From Eledone cirrhosa (taxonomy: Eukaryota), in the NCBI GenBank assembly GCA_964016885.1, contig CAXHJY010001114.1:1-31566 (forward strand): 31,566 nucleotides of DNA, read 5' to 3'. Positions 22,859 through 31,566 of this stretch are shown piece by piece. The position numbers and the translations under genes were made by a program. The notes beneath the pieces were generated by a model. It was not told the DNA's origin, did no database searches, and saw only the letters and a list, made by a program, of their open reading frames with translations. Position 1 is the first letter of the stretch, and every line of letters begins with the position of its first letter.

Positions 22859-22954
22859 ATGGCTGCTGTGTTTTGTTATTCTTTATCTTCGGGCCTTCCG
22901 ATGTACGATCTGGTCTTTCCCACTCTGGACTTTGTAGAACATGACGTAAAATAA
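22859..22954 (+). other. Upstream ORF (31 aa, MAAVFCYSLSSGLPMYDLVFPTLDFVEHDVK) in the putative 5' leader
   Basis: ATG at 22859 to TAA at 22954, ending 15 nt before the putative main ATG at 22970. Confidence 0.4.
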
Positions 22955-22969
22955 CTACCATCCTTAAAG

Positions 22970-22994
22970 ATGTCTGGAAAAGCAGAAAAAGCAG
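22970..22994 (+). CDS. Putative first coding exon of a plus-strand host gene (MSGKAEKA, phase-1 intron)
   Basis: aaagATGTCT start with A at -3, followed by a strong CAG|gtaaga donor at 22994/22995. No second exon found in the window. Confidence 0.55.
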
Positions 22995-23476
22995 GTAAGA
23001 TACCGCGAACGGATAAATATAAGGGTTAAACGGCGAGGACAGAAAAGGCAACTGAATTGAATGAAGCGTCAAGCAACTGGGATATAATATAAATGATATA
23101 ACAATAGTAGGAAATATATGACTATTTTTCACCTGTATAAATAATTGAAGTAGTATTATATCGAGGGTATACTGCATAAAGAATACTAATTGACTTCCGA
23201 TGGCAGCGAGTGTGAGTGCACATTTCGAAATCCCATCTCCACTGACTAATGCACACACACACACAAATATACATTCATGCTTATGTATGTACGTGTATCG
23301 TTGTATATATAATGAATTCACTATAGTGTGAAAATTATTAAAAAATTGCTCGTTTGTTGGGAGTGGTTGAGGTTTTATTTGTTTTTTTTTATGATGACCT
23401 GCTAAAATTTGGTTTGTTTAGAATATATTCAAATTTGAACCAACTGTTCTTGCTCATTAGAGACTATCCGGAAGGT

Positions 23477-23498
23477 TATATATATATATATATACTTG

Positions 23499-23533
<35 letters not shown>
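23477..23533. repeat. (TA)n microsatellite
   Basis: Direct reading. Confidence 0.93.
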
Positions 23534-23536
<3 letters not shown>

Positions 23537-25104
23537 CAAGTGTATGTCTACGACAGTAGGAAAGTCAATTTGCATTGTCGGCTGTATTCTACTAAGACTT
23601 AATCGTCTCATCAAGATAAATGACAATCAGAAATTGGCAGATCAAATTGGATGAAGCATATTTCTCTGCTACCCGTATTTTTCATTCCGCTTTTTGTAAA
23701 GATATCATTGATAATTGACAATATAGTTAAAACATAAATCTCTGGACAATGATGTCAAAAATTTTGTATCCACCTATTTTAAAAGTTGTCCTCTATCTCT
23801 TGATATGTTCTTGAATTTTTCATTCTCTTCATTACCACATCCTTAAATAATTAGCTTGAATTTTATATGTATTTTTTCACTCTCTTTCTCTTTCTCTCAA
23901 TGAAGCTTATTCAGTCAGCTATTTTGTCAGCCTTTAAAACTATTATTTGTCTTATCAGTGCCGGTGAGAGTAAAAATATATTAAGAAAACAGCTGTTGTT
24001 TAGTTTTAATAAAAACGTCATCTAAAATAACACTCCCTAAACTCAAAATTAATATATTCCACAGGTTTAACCGAATTTCTAAAATTTCATCTACCTTGAA
24101 GAGAAAAGGGGGTAGGCCAAAGAAGTAGATCTCGGCTTTAATTTATTGGAAGCTAATTGTAGTTAAGGATATTTTGCATTTGATTTCACAAAATTATCGC
24201 TTTTAACTAAAATATATTTATTAAGAGAACAGCTATGTGTGACCAACTCTTATCACTTAACTCATGCGTTGATTTGTGTCGTCTTCAACACTGCTCTATT
24301 GGTTGGATAGAGAATGTGGAGAAAAGTTGAAAATATTGGTGCCATACAGTCGTAGCGTATATAATGTATAGTAGGTTACCTAATTTATTCTGTATCAAAA
24401 GGAAATATTAAAAAGTCCGGTCCTACTTATTGTCAAATAGCTCGTTTCTGTTCCTTCTTCAATCCTTAATTTGACTTATGTAGTATGTAGGTATTTGCTA
24501 CTGACATCAAATACATCATCCGTACATGCATACATGCAGACACATGTATGGACATATACCCACAATTGTAATAGAAAATATGCACAAGCCGAAATTTAAA
24601 ATGCTAGTCTTCCGGTTTTCTATGTATGTATGTGTGTGTGTGCACTTCATAGGCTTGCGTTCAATATTGATACTAGCATATGCGATATGTTGATGTGTGA
24701 GCATATGTAATATATTTCTGCTGGAAACAAATTAAACAGATCGGTTATGAGATTTGGATTGAGCAAGATGCTCTCGATAACGCTGACTTAAAATCAATGT
24801 CATTAGTTTTTTTCCCCGTTTCTGTTAGCTTTTAAACACTGCTTAAGAAAACAATAATATAATGTCAACTACTTGATCATTTCTGTGAAAAACCATGCAT
24901 CGTATAGCTTTGACATAAACCTTTATCATCTGTGTTGATTAACTTGTCCGACTCTCATCTTTTTACGGATATAGAATTCCATTTCTAAACTGAAGTAGAT
25001 TGTAAATGGATAATTTCCTGGTTTTTCAGATTCACAGTACCTATTTATAATACATTATTATTGGGATTTAACTTGATAAGGATGTAATAAAAGTGATCCT
25101 TGTG

Positions 25105-25430
25105 TTCGTCTGGCTAAGAGAATGACAGCTTTACTAAGATGCATTACATATATGGTGTCTCATGATCTTGAGTTCGAATCTCTTCGAAGTCGCTAAGATG
25201 ATAAAATACTATGTTGCGGAAAGAAACAATTGTAGTTTCCTTTTCAATATGATGATTATCGATAGGACAGAGCAATGGAGTTGATGCGAACAATAAAGAG
25301 CCGGATTAGATATTTTCCAATCTCACTGGAGTCGATGTTGCTTCTTATTAAACACGGTTGATAAAGTACCAGTAAGATAATGTTAATTCAATCGGCTAGA
25401 ACCCTTCCTCCTTTAAAAAATGGCTTCGTA
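25105..25430 (+). mobile_element. Decayed tRNA-derived SINE
   Basis: A-box-like tggctaagag (~25111), B box gttcgaatc (25172-25180), downstream ggttgataaagtaccagt weakly resembling the SINE body at 19654-19730(-). Confidence 0.4.
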
Positions 25431-26431
25431 TCTTGTATAAAAATATCGAATTAATGATTAAGAAAGATATACAATGAAATGTCAGTGTATTTATTGGTAC
25501 CATAACTTATGAAACAGGTTTTTTTTAATATGACGAATACTCATGTGTGTGTAATTATTCAAATTTCACATCGACAAGTTATATTTCTGTTAGTACGTTG
25601 GTCTGCACTGACCATTAATATTCCTGTCGAATATTTGATTATTCTTCTATCAGTTAGTTATATCATAGCGAAAACATCGATCAAAGAATATTCAACCCTT
25701 GTTTTGTCTATTCTCTCTCTCCTTTTTTTTTTTTTTTTACTTTCACCATAATGGCTTTTACCATCAATAAAGTTTAGTCAATTTCAGCAAGATTTGTCAT
25801 TATATTATTTGAAGTACTTAATGTTACCACTAGATGATATATCTGAAGAATTCATAGTAGTAGTATTCTATCTAGAAGTGGCAGTATTATAAATGTGCCC
25901 TTATTTATTCAGCTTGTCATGGAAATGTGAATTATTACTACTCTTTTAAGACAGCTTAATGGAATAGATACACATTGAATGAAAATGACCCATATATAAT
26001 TATTTTGCTTATTATTACAGCATGAAAATCAATATTATATGGAAATATTTAAATACTTTTGAGGTTTCAATCTCAGATTATAGTACCTACCAGACTAAAT
26101 TGAATTATCTTAAAATTTCTGTTGTCATTCAACTACTTACAAAAAAAAATTCTTGTGAAATATATATGTAGTTGTTAACTGTCCTCAATCACATGAAATA
26201 AAAGAGGCAGCTAATTAATCTAATCCTCATTGTTGAAATTTATTAAGTCTTCCAATGGCTCCATTTCCTCCTAAGATTTATATAAATCAAATCTTTTATA
26301 TTGGTTATTAACCTTTAAGTCTAATATTAATATATCTCAGATTTTCGAATTTTATTATTCTCTTATGCCGTGAGCCACAACATTTTTTTTTTGGTTATTT
26401 TGAATAAGATAGTGTTTATATATAATATAAG

Positions 26432-26434
<3 letters not shown>

Positions 26435-26486
<52 letters not shown>

Positions 26487-26725
26487 ATTTAAATTATCCA
26501 GTTTCGTTTCTATTTTAGAAATATATATCCGAACTTCAAGTGTTAAAAGTTTATCTTATTTTGTAAGCCTTCAGGTTATTCTTGCAAATAAATTTGTCTG
26601 CCCTGCAATATAATAGAAATAATGAGTGTATAAAACTTGTACGATGGGCTAAGTGCCAGTTATGAAATAAATCCAGCTGGCATATATATATTCATAATAT
26701 ATGTATATATATATATATATAATAT

Positions 26726-26770
<45 letters not shown>
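26435..26770. repeat. Two short (TA)n microsatellites (26435-26481 and 26682-26770)
   Basis: Direct reading. Confidence 0.92.
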
Positions 26771-26773
<3 letters not shown>

Positions 26774-26844
26774 TGAATGAAGTAATTCCATCGGAAAACT
26801 CCAGGAAAAAAGAGTGCTCTATGTAGGTAACAGAGCTTAATAGT

Positions 26845-31566
<4,722 letters not shown>

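Noticed and set aside
22731-23321. 196-aa minus-strand ORF over the promoter region
   Set aside because: No recognisable domain, composition typical of non-coding AT-rich DNA, and it is antisense to the better-supported plus-strand first exon.
25165-25185. GTTCGAATC as part of a tRNA gene
   Set aside because: No cloverleaf can be built; better explained as a decayed SINE B box.

Overview
Eukaryotic (animal) genomic DNA, very AT-rich and dominated by repeats. No prokaryotic genes, rRNA, tRNA genes or CRISPR arrays are visible. The repeat landscape (kilobase TA arrays, RTE LINEs with GAT tails, tRNA-derived SINEs) resembles an octopus/coleoid cephalopod, but that is inference. About 10 kb is (TA)n-derived satellite (1-1285, 2704-6470, 26845-31566); all long Y/I/H/T 'ORFs' there are artefacts. 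The rest holds three 5'-truncated RTE-clade LINE copies from two subfamilies, two further RTE scraps, a Neptune-type Penelope-like element (RT, Cys linker, truncated GIY-YIG), two CRE-like restriction-like-endonuclease retrotransposon relics, a very old CR1/Jockey-like RT relic, SINEs and two MITE-like elements. A CpG-richer segment at about 22.4-23.0 kb looks like a bidirectional promoter with two short divergent first coding exons; the plus-strand leader carries uORFs and a hairpin. The most notable signals are: (i) a complete C4HC3 PHD finger inserted inside the RT domain of the RTE elements; (ii) a tandem array of H-type-pseudoknot-like modules plus a covarying terminal stem-loop in the RTE 3' end; (iii) a nested inverted arrangement of retroelement pairs; (iv) the uORF-rich divergent promoter.
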